From: an uncultured Candidatus Micrarchaeota archaeon
GTDB lineage: Archaea > Micrarchaeota > Micrarchaeia > Anstonellales > Bilamarchaeaceae
Direction of reading: 5' to 3'
Assembly: GCA_963714085.1 (NCBI GenBank)
Contig: OY970229.1
Coordinates: forward strand, 1,152,001 to 1,216,000
DNA length: 64,000 nt
The position numbers and the translations under genes are program-made. The notes under the pieces were generated by a model. The model worked only from the letters and a program-made list of their open reading frames with translations. It had not been told where the DNA came from and searched no databases. Shown one piece after another: positions 29,215 to 39,249 of the stretch (position 1 is the stretch's first letter; every line of letters starts with the position of its first letter).

Positions 29215-30522
29215 ATGAATGTGAACAATAATGGCAACGGGAAGCCGAAACGCAAATTCCTTTTCGTATCAATCGAAGCGCTCATCGGCGACCTCGCATG
29301 GGCGGTCAAGAAGGAAGGCCACGAGGTGCGCTATTTCATAACCGAGAAGGAGCAGAAGGACGTGTGCGACGGCTTCCTCGAGAAAGTGGACGACTGGAAG
29401 GCGCACGTGGACTGGGCTGACGTGATCATCTTCGATGATTTCGGGTTCGGCGAGGATGCCGAGAAGCTGAGGAAGCAGGGCAAGCTCGTGGTCGGCGGCA
29501 GCGCCTACACCGACCGGCTGGAGATGGACCGGGAGTTCGGCCAGGCCGAGATGAGCTCAGTGGGCATATTCGTCATACCGCGCTGGAATTTCACCAATTT
29601 CGACGACGCGGTGGAGTTCATAAAGAAGAACCCGGACCGCTACGTGATAAAGCCCAGCGGCCTGGCGCAGAACGAGAAGGAGCTGCTCTTCGTGGGCCAG
29701 GAGGAGGACGGCGAGGACATACTGGACATACTCCAGCTCTACAAGAAGAACTGGGGCAAGAAGATAAAGTCGTTCCAGATACAGAAATACATATCAGGCG
29801 TCGAGGTCGCTGTGGGCGCGTTCTTCAACGGCGAGGACTTCATAATGCCCCTCAACGTCAATTTGGAGCACAAGAAGATGTTCCCGGGCGAGCTCGGGCC
29901 GAGCACAGGCGAGATGGGCACCGCGCTCTTCTGCACCAGCAGGAGCCCGATCTTCGAAGAAACGCTCGCGAAGATGAAGAGCAAGCTCGCCGCCTCGGGC
30001 TACGTCGGCTACATAGACATCAACTGCATAGTGAACTCCCGCGGCATATACCCCCTGGAGTGGACATCCCGCTTCGGCTATCCGCACATAAGCATACTCA
30101 TGGAGGGCATACTCAGCGAATGGGGCGAGTTCCTCTACGGGATCGCCAAGAAGGAGAAGCCGGAGCTGCGCGCCAAGAGGGCGTTCGTAGTAGGAGTCGT
30201 CGTCGCGGTCCCTCCGTTCCCGTTCCACGACCCTGACGCGTTCAAGAGGTACTCCGAGGACGCCACCATAATATTCAAGAAGCCCATCCACGAGGGCGTG
30301 CATCCTGGCGACGTGAAGTTCGTGGAGGACGACTGGCGACTGGCCGGCAACAGCGGCTACGCCCTGGTGGTCACAGGCTCCGGCACCACCATGGAGGAGG
30401 CCAGGAGCGTCGCCTACAACAGGATAAAGAACATAATCATCCCGAACATGTTCTACCGCACGGACATAGGCAAGAGATGGGGCGACGAGAGGGACAGGCT
30501 CATGACCTGGGGCTATCTCTGA
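29215..30522 (+). CDS. purD: Phosphoribosylamine--glycine ligase-like ATP-grasp protein
   Basis: RLEMDREFG, VIKPSG, EHKK..GPSTGEMG, LEWTSRFGYP, YRTDIG. Confidence 0.8.
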   Translation: MNVNNNGNGKPKRKFLFVSIEALIGDLAWAVKKEGHEVRYFITEKEQKDVCDGFLEKVDDWKAHVDWADVIIFDDFGFGEDAEKLRKQGKLVVGGSAYTDRLEMDREFGQAEMSSVGIFVIPRWNFTNFDDAVEFIKKNPDRYVIKPSGLAQNEKELLFVGQEEDGEDILDILQLYKKNWGKKIKSFQIQKYISGVEVAVGAFFNGEDFIMPLNVNLEHKKMFPGELGPSTGEMGTALFCTSRSPIFEETLAKMKSKLAASGYVGYIDINCIVNSRGIYPLEWTSRFGYPHISILMEGILSEWGEFLYGIAKKEKPELRAKRAFVVGVVVAVPPFPFHDPDAFKRYSEDATIIFKKPIHEGVHPGDVKFVEDDWRLAGNSGYALVVTGSGTTMEEARSVAYNRIKNIIIPNMFYRTDIGKRWGDERDRLMTWGYL

Positions 30523-30554
30523 GCGTCTGGAAGGGCTTTACAAGAGGCATATCC

Positions 30555-31976
30555 ATGAAGACCCGCACCGAAGAGGATTTCATCGGCAAAATCGAAGTCC
30601 CCGAGGACGCGTACTACGGCTGTTTCACGGTGCGAGCGTCCGGCACATTCAAGCTCAGCGGCCAGAAGGTCGACCTGAGGCTCATAAGGGCGGTCGCGCT
30701 CATAAAAAAGGCCGCGGCAGCCGCGAATGCCGAGCTCGGCACGCTGGACAAGAGGAACGCGGAAGCCATAATGCAGGCTTCGGACGAGGTCATGGCAGGG
30801 AAGTTCGATTCCGAGTTCATAATAGACGCGTTCCAGGCCGGCGCAGGCACCCCGCTGCACATGAACGTGAACGAGGTGGTCGCCAACCGCGCCAACGAGC
30901 TGCTAGGAGGCAGAAAAGGCGCGTATTCCCCGGTCCATCCGAACAACCACGTCAACATGGCGCAGAGCTCCAACGACGTCACGCCCACTGCGTTGAGGCT
31001 GTCCTGCCTGCTCTCGCGCAAAGAATTGCTTGAGAGCATGGAAGCGCTCGAGGAATCCTTCGCGAAACTCGGCTCCGAGCACCAGAAAACCCTCAAGTCC
31101 GGCCGCACGCATCTCATGGACGCGGTCCCCATAACCTACGGGCAGGCGTTCTCGGCATGGGCAGGATCTATAGCCAGCGACCGGATGGGCGTCGTGGCGG
31201 CATCAGAGCGCCTCCTGGAGCTCGGTTTAGGTGGCACCGCGGTCGGGACCGGCATAAACACGCATCCTGGGTTCAAGAATAAAGTCGCGGCGAAGATAAA
31301 GGAGTTCTCTGGCCTGGATGTCCACCCTGCGGAGGACACAGTACGGACCACGAACGACATGAACTGCTTCCTAGCGCTCAGCGGCTCGTTACGCTGCTAC
31401 GCATCCACGCTCAACCGCATCTGCAACGACCTGCGGCTCCTGGGCTCAGGCCCGAACGCCGGCATAGCCGAGCTCGTCCTGCCCGCGGTGGAGCCCGGTT
31501 CCTCCATAATGCCCGGGAAGGTCAATCCATCTGTACCAGAAGCCGTCAGCATGTGCTGCTGGCAGGTGTGCGGCAACGACCGCGCCATCGAGCTCGCGGT
31601 GCAGTCCGGCCAGTTGGAGCTGAACTGGGGGACCCCTTTGATAGGTAACGGCCTGCTCCAGTCCATGGAGCTCCTTGTCAACGCGTCCTCCACGCTGCGT
31701 GTTAAATGCGTCGAAGGGCTGAAAGTCGACGAGAGGCGCGTTGCAGGGCTGCTCGACAAGTCCTTTGTCTATGCGACCGCGTTCAACCCTTATCTCGGCT
31801 ACTCGCTGGTATCAAAGCTCGTGACCGAATCCAACGCGACCGGCGTTCCCCTGAGAGAGCTCATCCTGCAAAAAGGGCTCATGGAGAAGAAGGACATCGA
31901 CGCGGTGATCGCGTCCGCGTCAGGGCCTTCGCTAACGGACAAGGAGCTGAAAGAAAGAGTGAAAGGCGCGCGCTAG
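30555..31976 (+). CDS. Class II fumarate hydratase or aspartate ammonia-lyase
   Basis: GAGT..HMNVNEV, QSSND, GRTHLMDA, GSSIMPGKVNP; fumC versus aspA cannot be resolved by eye. Confidence 0.9.
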   Translation: MKTRTEEDFIGKIEVPEDAYYGCFTVRASGTFKLSGQKVDLRLIRAVALIKKAAAAANAELGTLDKRNAEAIMQASDEVMAGKFDSEFIIDAFQAGAGTPLHMNVNEVVANRANELLGGRKGAYSPVHPNNHVNMAQSSNDVTPTALRLSCLLSRKELLESMEALEESFAKLGSEHQKTLKSGRTHLMDAVPITYGQAFSAWAGSIASDRMGVVAASERLLELGLGGTAVGTGINTHPGFKNKVAAKIKEFSGLDVHPAEDTVRTTNDMNCFLALSGSLRCYASTLNRICNDLRLLGSGPNAGIAELVLPAVEPGSSIMPGKVNPSVPEAVSMCCWQVCGNDRAIELAVQSGQLELNWGTPLIGNGLLQSMELLVNASSTLRVKCVEGLKVDERRVAGLLDKSFVYATAFNPYLGYSLVSKLVTESNATGVPLRELILQKGLMEKKDIDAVIASASGPSLTDKELKERVKGAR

Positions 31977-31978
31977 AT

Positions 31979-33457
31979 TCAACCGAGGAACCTTCTCATG
32001 AACGCGGCGCGCCTTATCTCGTCGCGCAGCGCGGCCTGCTCGCCCTTCCTGAAATGCAGCATGAGCTTGGAGGTGACCGCGGAGTAGTCCTCGTCCTCCT
32101 CGTAGTCTATCCATCCGGCCACCTTCCGCACGCCGTCAGCGACCTGCTTCGGGAAGTACTGGAGGTTGGCCATGTTGAGGTACTTGGCCGAGTCCGTGAG
32201 GTCCTCGTCGAGCTTTATGTACATGGTGTGCAGCTCGTCGAACTCCTTCTCGTTCAACGCGCACAGCCCCAGCAGCTCGGGCGGCAAGCCGAGGGAATAG
32301 AACGCGGCGCAGAACGTGATCGCCCGCGGCAGGCTCACGCCCTTCAGCGAGCGCGCGTAGCCGAACAGTCCCACGTGCAGCTTCCTCGCTCTTCTCGCAG
32401 GCACGAGCGGCGAGATGCCGTTTATGGTATCAGCCAGGAGCCCTATCTGGGACTGGTACTCCTTCCTTATCTTCTCCACTAACTTGAGGGCCGCCTTGGC
32501 GTCCATGGGCCTGGGCGGCCTCCTCCTGCCGTGGTTTATCATGTCCACCGCGTTCGCCACGTCCCGGAACGGGTGGTCGTACTTGAAAGATGACTGTATG
32601 GTGTATGTCTGGACCGACGGGTACTCCTCCCCGCAGTTCATCACGTTGTCCGGCCTGAAGTTGCCGCGGAACGGGGCGGAGCCGACACCTATTATGGGTA
32701 GTATCTCGGTTCCGCTCTCCTCCTCCAGCTTCTCGAGGTCCTGGAGCGCCACCTTCGCGAGCAGCACCGCGCTGACCGAGCCGTAGTTGAGCGCCGGGTC
32801 GGAGCGCGCGAGGAACACCCTCTGGTACTCCAGCCGTTTTCCTTCCAAATAAGTCTTCAGGATGCTCCCCGCAGCGAGGAACGAGTCCGAGTTCTCGAAA
32901 AGCGGGATGACGTTTATTCCCTCGGGCTGGAAGTCGCCGACCCACTCCTTGACCGTGCGCCTGGACTTCCCGCTCCCCAGCATGGTGTTCTTCTGGCCCA
33001 CTATGACGCGCTCGTAGTACGCGCGGACCATCTCCACCTCCTCGGCCGAGGTGGTCATAGGCAGTATCACCTCGAATATGGGCGGCACGCCTTTGTTCAC
33101 CGCCTGCGCGACGTCGAATGCGCGCGGTATGGAATGCAACGTCTCAAGCAGTATCTTGCCCTGCTCCCTTTCTATGGCAGGGTTCGGCACCCTGTAGGTG
33201 AGGAAGAACTCGCTGCCCAGCTTGTGGCTGCCGAAGAACTCCGTGTAGCGTGAGAGGAGCTTCTCCACGACCTGGTTGTCCGCCTCCTTGCCCTCGCTGT
33301 CCCACATCTGCTCGTTTATGCCCAGCTGAGCGAAGACGTAGTACGCCTCTTTCACCTCGCCCTCCCCTGCAAGCACCTCGCTGTCGGAGAAGAACGGGGT
33401 GCTGATGTTGTCCGGATGCTGGGTGGACATCGTCCTCGGAATCCTTCTGGCTCCCAT
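31979..33457 (-). CDS. ppcA: Archaeal-type phosphoenolpyruvate carboxylase
   Basis: IPRTMSTQHPDN, MWDSEGK, FLARSDPALNYG, PFRG, LPRAI. Confidence 0.95.
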   Translation of the reverse strand: MGARRIPRTMSTQHPDNISTPFFSDSEVLAGEGEVKEAYYVFAQLGINEQMWDSEGKEADNQVVEKLLSRYTEFFGSHKLGSEFFLTYRVPNPAIEREQGKILLETLHSIPRAFDVAQAVNKGVPPIFEVILPMTTSAEEVEMVRAYYERVIVGQKNTMLGSGKSRRTVKEWVGDFQPEGINVIPLFENSDSFLAAGSILKTYLEGKRLEYQRVFLARSDPALNYGSVSAVLLAKVALQDLEKLEEESGTEILPIIGVGSAPFRGNFRPDNVMNCGEEYPSVQTYTIQSSFKYDHPFRDVANAVDMINHGRRRPPRPMDAKAALKLVEKIRKEYQSQIGLLADTINGISPLVPARRARKLHVGLFGYARSLKGVSLPRAITFCAAFYSLGLPPELLGLCALNEKEFDELHTMYIKLDEDLTDSAKYLNMANLQYFPKQVADGVRKVAGWIDYEEDEDYSAVTSKLMLHFRKGEQAALRDEIRRAAFMRRFLG

Positions 33458-33520
33458 GATGAGGAATGAGGGAAATTCATTTATATATCTTGCTGGAGAT
33501 ACGTCCCCCTAGGTGGTAGG

Positions 33521-34252
33521 TTGATACCCTCCCTGAAAAGAGCGATAGCGCAGTTCGTGAAAAAACCATTCCCCTTCGCCTGGTCATCGATAATGTACCT
33601 CGTGCTCCAGCTGCTGTTCGCATTCGCGGCCGTGGGCCTGTTCATGATATACTTCATCATCGCATCGGTCTTCGGGATGCCCGTGACCGCGAGCAGCGTG
33701 CCGACCGCCCTCGCCGCGGTGTTCGTGCTGGCCGTGCTGGGGTTCTTCTCCTGCGGCCTCAACGCAGGCCTGTTCAGGAGCTATGCGGCGGCGCTCGAAG
33801 GCAGGAAGACCACGGTGGCCGACTTCCTAAGGTATTCTTTCAGGAAATCCGCGCCCATGTTCGCGGTCCTGCTCCTGGCCGGAGTCGTGCTCACCGTGCT
33901 CGTCGGTCCGGCCATAGCGCTCTATAGCGTCTCGCTCAAGGGCATAGCCTACATGGACGTCGTCCTGTGGCTTTACTCCCTGGGCGCGGCGTTCCTGGTG
34001 TTCTTCCTGTTCACGCCCGCGTTCGTCGCAATAGGCGCGTTCGGCACCGAGTTCGTATCCTCGCTGCGCGGCACGATAATGCTCCTCAGGAGGAAGCACG
34101 TCAACGCCCTGGGGCTCTACATACTGTTCGCATTCACCTGGGTGCTGAACGCCATTCCGCTCGTGCAGATAGTATCATTCTTGGTCATCTATCCGGTGAT
34201 CGCTTCGGCGTTCGTCGTCATGTTCCAAGGGAGCGGCGGCCGCCCCCGGTGA
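33521..34252 (+). CDS. Multi-pass membrane protein
   Basis: Five to six hydrophobic segments. Confidence 0.75.
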   Translation: MIPSLKRAIAQFVKKPFPFAWSSIMYLVLQLLFAFAAVGLFMIYFIIASVFGMPVTASSVPTALAAVFVLAVLGFFSCGLNAGLFRSYAAALEGRKTTVADFLRYSFRKSAPMFAVLLLAGVVLTVLVGPAIALYSVSLKGIAYMDVVLWLYSLGAAFLVFFLFTPAFVAIGAFGTEFVSSLRGTIMLLRRKHVNALGLYILFAFTWVLNAIPLVQIVSFLVIYPVIASAFVVMFQGSGGRPR

Positions 34253-34256
34253 TCAT

Positions 34257-34565
34257 ATGCGAAGGGTATACGAGTGCGAGCTTTCCAAGCAGAAGGACCT
34301 CAAGGCCATAATCGAGGCCGACCCATATGCCGAGGGCAGCTTCGCCCGCGCCGGCTACAAACTGCGCGACGGCGGCTCGCTCAACGAGGACAAGGCGAAG
34401 GTCTACCTCTACATCTCGGCATCCGACGATTTCATAAAAAAGGCCGACAACGCGCTCAAGGACGTGGCCAAGCCCCTCAAGGGCGAGGCCGAGAAGCGCA
34501 TAATAGACAAGATAGTCGCTGAAGAGGAGAACGCCGAATCCGGGTTCGGCAGCATGTTCGGCTAA
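34257..34565 (+). CDS. Small hypothetical protein
   Basis: 102-aa ORF with GGTGA SD, host-like codons, ends GFGSMFG. Confidence 0.7.
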   Translation: MRRVYECELSKQKDLKAIIEADPYAEGSFARAGYKLRDGGSLNEDKAKVYLYISASDDFIKKADNALKDVAKPLKGEAEKRIIDKIVAEEENAESGFGSMFG

Positions 34566-34569
34566 TCAG

Positions 34570-35136
34570 TTACGTGCTGACTCCGTTTCCACCGCGCGCG
34601 TCCAGCATCTTCGCAAATTCTAAATGGCCGTATTTGGTGGCGTATCCCCTCACATTCCATCCCTTGTGGACCCCCACTGTTACCACCGCGTTCACATTCG
34701 CTCCATTCTCAATAAGCAGCTTTCCGTTTTCAATGCGGTCATACATGGCAGCCCACATGAGCGCCGTTACGCCATCAGCGTCACTCGCCTTCGGATTCGC
34801 TCCCCAGCTAATTAGCGTCTTCACCATTATCACGTTGCAGTCCCCGCTGGCTATGCACAGCGCCGCCTGCTCCATCGCGTTCGCATCCGCTCCATCATCC
34901 AGCGCCCGGCGCGCTGCTCGCACATTCTTGCGTCTGACAGCATCGATCAGAGCCCTATCAAGCTCACTCTGTTGCTCCAAGGCCGCATCCTGCTTCCCTT
35001 TTTGCTCCGGGCTCGGCTTTACACTCGTCGTAAGCGGTTCGACTGCCTCTTTTGCCCTTGTTTTCCTGCGTGTGTACGGGCCCCGCCCAGTCCCGTGCGC
35101 GGTTTTTTTCACGACTATGCTCGGTTCCAATGCCAT
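34570..35136 (-). CDS. Ankyrin-repeat protein
   Basis: GADANA, GVTALMWAA, LIENGANVNA. Confidence 0.85.
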   Translation of the reverse strand: MALEPSIVVKKTAHGTGRGPYTRRKTRAKEAVEPLTTSVKPSPEQKGKQDAALEQQSELDRALIDAVRRKNVRAARRALDDGADANAMEQAALCIASGDCNVIMVKTLISWGANPKASDADGVTALMWAAMYDRIENGKLLIENGANVNAVVTVGVHKGWNVRGYATKYGHLEFAKMLDARGGNGVST

Positions 35137-35231
35137 GACGATTCCCTACACTATTGTGCCAACAAATGTTTATAAATAGTGATTTTTAGTGGTACGCCAA
35201 CTCTTTTATTCTTTCTTCCCCTATCCTACTC

Positions 35232-35750
35232 ATGGACGAGCCGCAAGCACCTATCCAGGAGAAGAAATCCATCGCCTCGCGCGGGGTGCCCTCATCCGAA
35301 TCCATCTATCTGCCGCCCTACAACAGCGAGGAGCTGCGGAGCTTCCAGGACGCCTCGGAGAACCCGACCAGGAACCTCTGGTCCGTGGAGGAGGTCGCCA
35401 ACTTCGTCTTCTCACGCAGGTACCAGCCGAAATACTACGAGATCGCGCTCGCGTTCCTGCGCCTATTGTCCGCGCAGTCGCACCTGGACGGGGCCATGAT
35501 ATCGAAATTCGTGTCCGACAACAACGTGTCCAAGGCGACGTTCTACAACCGCGTGCTCCCGCGCCTCAGGCGCGTCGGCATGATAAAGATAGAGCGCGAC
35601 ACCATCGTCGCGGTGGAGAGCAAGCGCAAGTTCAGGCCCATGCGCATAAGCCTGAGCAAGACCTTCGGTAATTATCTGATGAAAATAGGCGATTCCTGGC
35701 TCGCGATAGTGGACGACACCAGGACCATGAAAAAACAGGAGAAGCTCTGA
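35232..35750 (+). CDS. Hypothetical protein, probable winged helix
   Basis: VSKATFYNRVLPRLRRVGMI resembles a winged-helix recognition helix. Confidence 0.65.
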   Translation: MDEPQAPIQEKKSIASRGVPSSESIYLPPYNSEELRSFQDASENPTRNLWSVEEVANFVFSRRYQPKYYEIALAFLRLLSAQSHLDGAMISKFVSDNNVSKATFYNRVLPRLRRVGMIKIERDTIVAVESKRKFRPMRISLSKTFGNYLMKIGDSWLAIVDDTRTMKKQEKL

Positions 35751-35814
35751 TTATTTCGTCGCTCCGGCAGGCTTCGCCTCATCCGGTGCGATCGGGCACG
35801 TGATCTTGGCCTCC

Positions 35815-36477
35815 TTATATGCCATGCCATTGAATACGATAGTGCTTCGCCTCGTCCGATGCGGCCGGGCACGTGAACTCGACAAGCGCGCCTTTTCCTG
35901 AGCGTTTTACGGCCTTGATTTTGACGACAAGCGCAGCCTCGCCAAAACTCGCCGTCTTGCCATACTTGATTCTACAGGCTCCCATGTCCATGGCGAGTTC
36001 GACACCCTTGTCATCTATCTTCGTGAACGTGACATTGAAATGAACTGGTGTTTCAGGGGCGACCCGATACGTGCTGAGGATGGTATCGCCTTCATGTACA
36101 GTGTGTTTTACTTTCTTGTACGCTGTCACGTTTGCTGCCGGAACGACCGTGGCACCAAGGTCGCTCGGCTTGGCGCTGTTCTCCACGTGCGTCACCGCGA
36201 CGGCCTTGAACATCGTGGCGTGCTGGGCATTGCCCATCTGGCCCGCGAGCTTGTCTATCTCGTTTTTGGCGGAAAGGCTGATCTTGCCCATATCGATGAT
36301 GCTCGACCTCGCGTAGACGAGGCCTGCGTCAGCCTTGGCCTTGATGCCTGCTGGCTTCGAAGGTTCGCTCTTCCTCACACATCCCCCGCAAAGAGGCAGG
36401 ACAGTCGCAAAAACCAGCGCTCCTACCTTCAGCGTGTCCACGAACCTTCTTTGAGTCGTTCTCTGCATCCATGCCAC
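35815..36477 (-). CDS. Hypothetical exported or lipoprotein-like protein
   Basis: N-terminal hydrophobic stretch followed by GGC. Confidence 0.55.
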   Translation of the reverse strand: MAWMQRTTQRRFVDTLKVGALVFATVLPLCGGCVRKSEPSKPAGIKAKADAGLVYARSSIIDMGKISLSAKNEIDKLAGQMGNAQHATMFKAVAVTHVENSAKPSDLGATVVPAANVTAYKKVKHTVHEGDTILSTYRVAPETPVHFNVTFTKIDDKGVELAMDMGACRIKYGKTASFGEAALVVKIKAVKRSGKGALVEFTCPAASDEAKHYRIQWHGI

Positions 36478-36484
36478 CCTGGTT

Positions 36485-38371
36485 TCACTTGCGCTTCTTC
36501 CCCTTGAATTTCTTGGCGTTCCTGGTCGGTTTCCTTACCGGTTTCCTCGATGGCCTCGCGGAATACGAGCGCCGCGGAGACGTAACCGTCCCCCTCGCGG
36601 CGCGGATGTCCTCGCCGAGCATCTGCCGCTCGGTCTCCTTCTCCGCGAGCAGCTGCGTGACGCTGCCCAGCTTGTTCTGGGCCTCCTGCCTCACGGTCTC
36701 GAAATCCGCTATGCCCGAGGTGTCGGTGCGCAGCTTGGCTATCATCTCCTTGCTGTCCCGGACTAGGTCTGCCAGGCGCCTCTTCGAGTCCGCGATTTTG
36801 GACTCCACGTCCTTCTCCTCCCCGGTCGCCCTGTTGAGCTCCGAGTCGTAGTTCGCGGTCATGCCGTCCAGCTCGCGCAGGTACTTCTTGATGTATGCCG
36901 CCTCGGCGCTCTCCTGGAGCGCTGAGAGCTCATCGTCCCCGGCGCGCACGTAGCTCGTTATGCCGTCTATCTTGGACTCGTAATCCTTGACGTATTCGCG
37001 GACCCACTTCTCGACCTTCTCGATGCTTGCCATCTGGCCCTCGAGCCCGTCCAGCTCCGCCTCCTTGGAGTCCATGGAGCTCCTCACACGGTCCACCATG
37101 TCGGCGATCTCCACCTTCATCTGCGTGGCGTCCTCCAGGTCCGAGAGCAGCTCCTTCATTGCAGAATTGAGCTCCCCTATCTGCTCCTGGGTCTCGTCCG
37201 CGGACTTCCTGAGGTCCGCGACCCTGCCCTCCACGTCTCCGGAGAGCCTTTTGAGCTCCGCGATCCTCCCCTTCTCGCCGTCTATCTTGGAGCGCGCGTC
37301 CGCCATCCTGCCCTCGAGCTCCTCCTTGGACGCGTCTACGGTCTCCATGAACGCTTCGACGTCGGCCCTGGCCTTCTTGAGGACCTCGCGGCCGTCCGTC
37401 TCCAGCTTCGTTATCATCCTGTGGACCTTCTCCACTTCCTCGACCTTGTCCGGCAGCTCCAGCACCCGCTCCTTGAGCGCGAGCACCCTGCCCTCCTTCT
37501 CGAGTATGCGTTCTGTGATGGACGCGATGTCCGCCTCCACCTTGGATTCGAGCGACAGGTACCTCTCGCGGTATACCCTGTCCTTCTCGGCTTTCAGCTT
37601 CTCCAGGTTCGCCCTCTCCTTGTTCATCTCGTTGAGATAGGCGTTCACCAGCTCCTTCGCCTTCGCGGACTCCCCTGTCATCCTCGCCGGCTTCCTGACC
37701 TTCTCCGGCTCCACCGCATCCGGCTCCGCCCGCTGCTCGACCTCGTCGTGAGGGACTGCGGCGAAGCTTTGCTCCTCAGCTTCGAGCTCCTTGCGTTCGG
37801 TGAGCATCTCGCGCGCGACCACCTGGAAGTCCTGCCTTTTCGTCTCGATAGCGGATTCCATCCTCTCAGGCTCCGGGCCTTCTGGCCCCTCGGGCGCGTC
37901 CGGATGGGCGCTCGCCACCGACCTCACGCCGCTGTCCCTGCGGGAATCGAGCTTGCCGAGTATGCTGCTCTTGATGTCGCCCTCGTCGTCCCTCTGCGCC
38001 TGCTTCCTCTTGAGGTACTCCTCGAGGCGCCTCTCCGACTCGTCGCCCTTGCTTATCTCGCTGAAGACCTCGTCGTAGGCCTCGTGGGTCTGCTTGGTCT
38101 CCATGCCGCTCAGCGCAGCGTCCAGGTCCTTGTCCGAGTGCCTGGCCTCCTCGCCGAGCCAGAGGATATTGGTGCCCCTGAGGCCGTAGACTATGCTGAT
38201 GTATCCTTCGTCCTCGAGCACGCGCACCCATTTGTCTATCGCGCGCCTGTCCATCCCCGTGAGCCTCTCGAGCTCGGCCAATTCGATCCGCCTCTTCTCC
38301 GATATGGTCCTTATCAGCCTGTCCACGTCTGTGCTGACAAGTGCTCCGTTAACAGTTATCTTGTCTGACAT
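36485..38371 (-). CDS. Long coiled-coil protein with N-terminal winged-helix domain
   Basis: IDKWVRVLEDEGYI winged helix, then extended E/K-rich heptads and a basic tail. Confidence 0.75.
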   Translation of the reverse strand: MSDKITVNGALVSTDVDRLIRTISEKRRIELAELERLTGMDRRAIDKWVRVLEDEGYISIVYGLRGTNILWLGEEARHSDKDLDAALSGMETKQTHEAYDEVFSEISKGDESERRLEEYLKRKQAQRDDEGDIKSSILGKLDSRRDSGVRSVASAHPDAPEGPEGPEPERMESAIETKRQDFQVVAREMLTERKELEAEEQSFAAVPHDEVEQRAEPDAVEPEKVRKPARMTGESAKAKELVNAYLNEMNKERANLEKLKAEKDRVYRERYLSLESKVEADIASITERILEKEGRVLALKERVLELPDKVEEVEKVHRMITKLETDGREVLKKARADVEAFMETVDASKEELEGRMADARSKIDGEKGRIAELKRLSGDVEGRVADLRKSADETQEQIGELNSAMKELLSDLEDATQMKVEIADMVDRVRSSMDSKEAELDGLEGQMASIEKVEKWVREYVKDYESKIDGITSYVRAGDDELSALQESAEAAYIKKYLRELDGMTANYDSELNRATGEEKDVESKIADSKRRLADLVRDSKEMIAKLRTDTSGIADFETVRQEAQNKLGSVTQLLAEKETERQMLGEDIRAARGTVTSPRRSYSARPSRKPVRKPTRNAKKFKGKKRK

Positions 38372-38462
38372 TCTCTCCCCTCCTATACGTAGTTGTGTGG
38401 GGAAACGTTTAAAAAGATAGTATATGAAAGTGGAGGAATGTGTGCGGTAGCGCGGGACGACC

Positions 38463-38978
38463 CTACGACGTTATGACGGCGTAGTTGCCCGATATCTTCC
38501 TCATCGCGCGGTCGAACGCCACCGACGCGACGGCCGCGTTCGCCTTGTAGGTGTATATGGAGAAGAGGTCGCTGCCCTTGGCGAGCCTGGCCGCCATGTC
38601 AGTGGGCCTGCCGAAAGCGCGTCTCATGCCCTTCTGCAGACGGTCGGCCCCTGCGCCGGCGATCATCTTGTTCTCCCTTATGACGTGGTGCGGGTAGACC
38701 CTCACGATGAAGTAGTACTCGCCCGGGGCCTCCTTCTCGAGCTGTTTGTTCGCGCTCATGCGCGCAGCCTCGATGGCGTTGTCGCGCAGTATGACCGGCG
38801 CCAGCGCCCGGAGGTGCATCACCAGGTCGTAATCGCGCTTGTCCACGCCCATCCTGAACTGGTGGAGGTCCTTGTGCGGCATGGCCTTTATGTAAGACCT
38901 TCTCGGCTTCGACCTGCTGAACCTGGTCCATGCGACCTTGTCAGCGTCCCTTATGCTCCTGCCTGGTCTGATTCCCAT
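38463..38978 (-). CDS. rpl10e: 50S ribosomal protein uL16 (L10e)
   Basis: RDNAIEAAR, YPHHVIRENK, AGADRLQKGMRRAFGRP. Confidence 0.97.
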   Translation of the reverse strand: MGIRPGRSIRDADKVAWTRFSRSKPRRSYIKAMPHKDLHQFRMGVDKRDYDLVMHLRALAPVILRDNAIEAARMSANKQLEKEAPGEYYFIVRVYPHHVIRENKMIAGAGADRLQKGMRRAFGRPTDMAARLAKGSDLFSIYTYKANAAVASVAFDRAMRKISGNYAVITS

Positions 38979-39105
38979 GAATGCTCACCTTGATGTTTTC
39001 AATAACGAGTGTCAAAAGTGTGTTGCGTTAGGATTTTAAACGCTCGCGTTGGCGGAGGAAGACCCGGAGCGGTCCGCTTGGCGTCGTTCGCAGCATAAAA
39101 ATAAT

Positions 39106-39178
39106 TGCGGTCGTCGGGATTTGAACCCGAGTTATAGGCTTGGAGGGCCTAAGTCCTACCAGGCTAGACTACAACCGC
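39106..39178 (-). tRNA. tRNA-Gly(TCC), with atypical C33
   Basis: Full cloverleaf; anticodon arm TAGGC-CCTCCAA-GCCTA; T-loop TTCAAAT. Confidence 0.9.
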
Positions 39179-39249
39179 GTTGGTATCTAAAGACCTTTTA
39201 TCGTGGGGGAAGGGTTAAAAACCCTTTAAGTGCGTCCGAAGGCAAGCAC

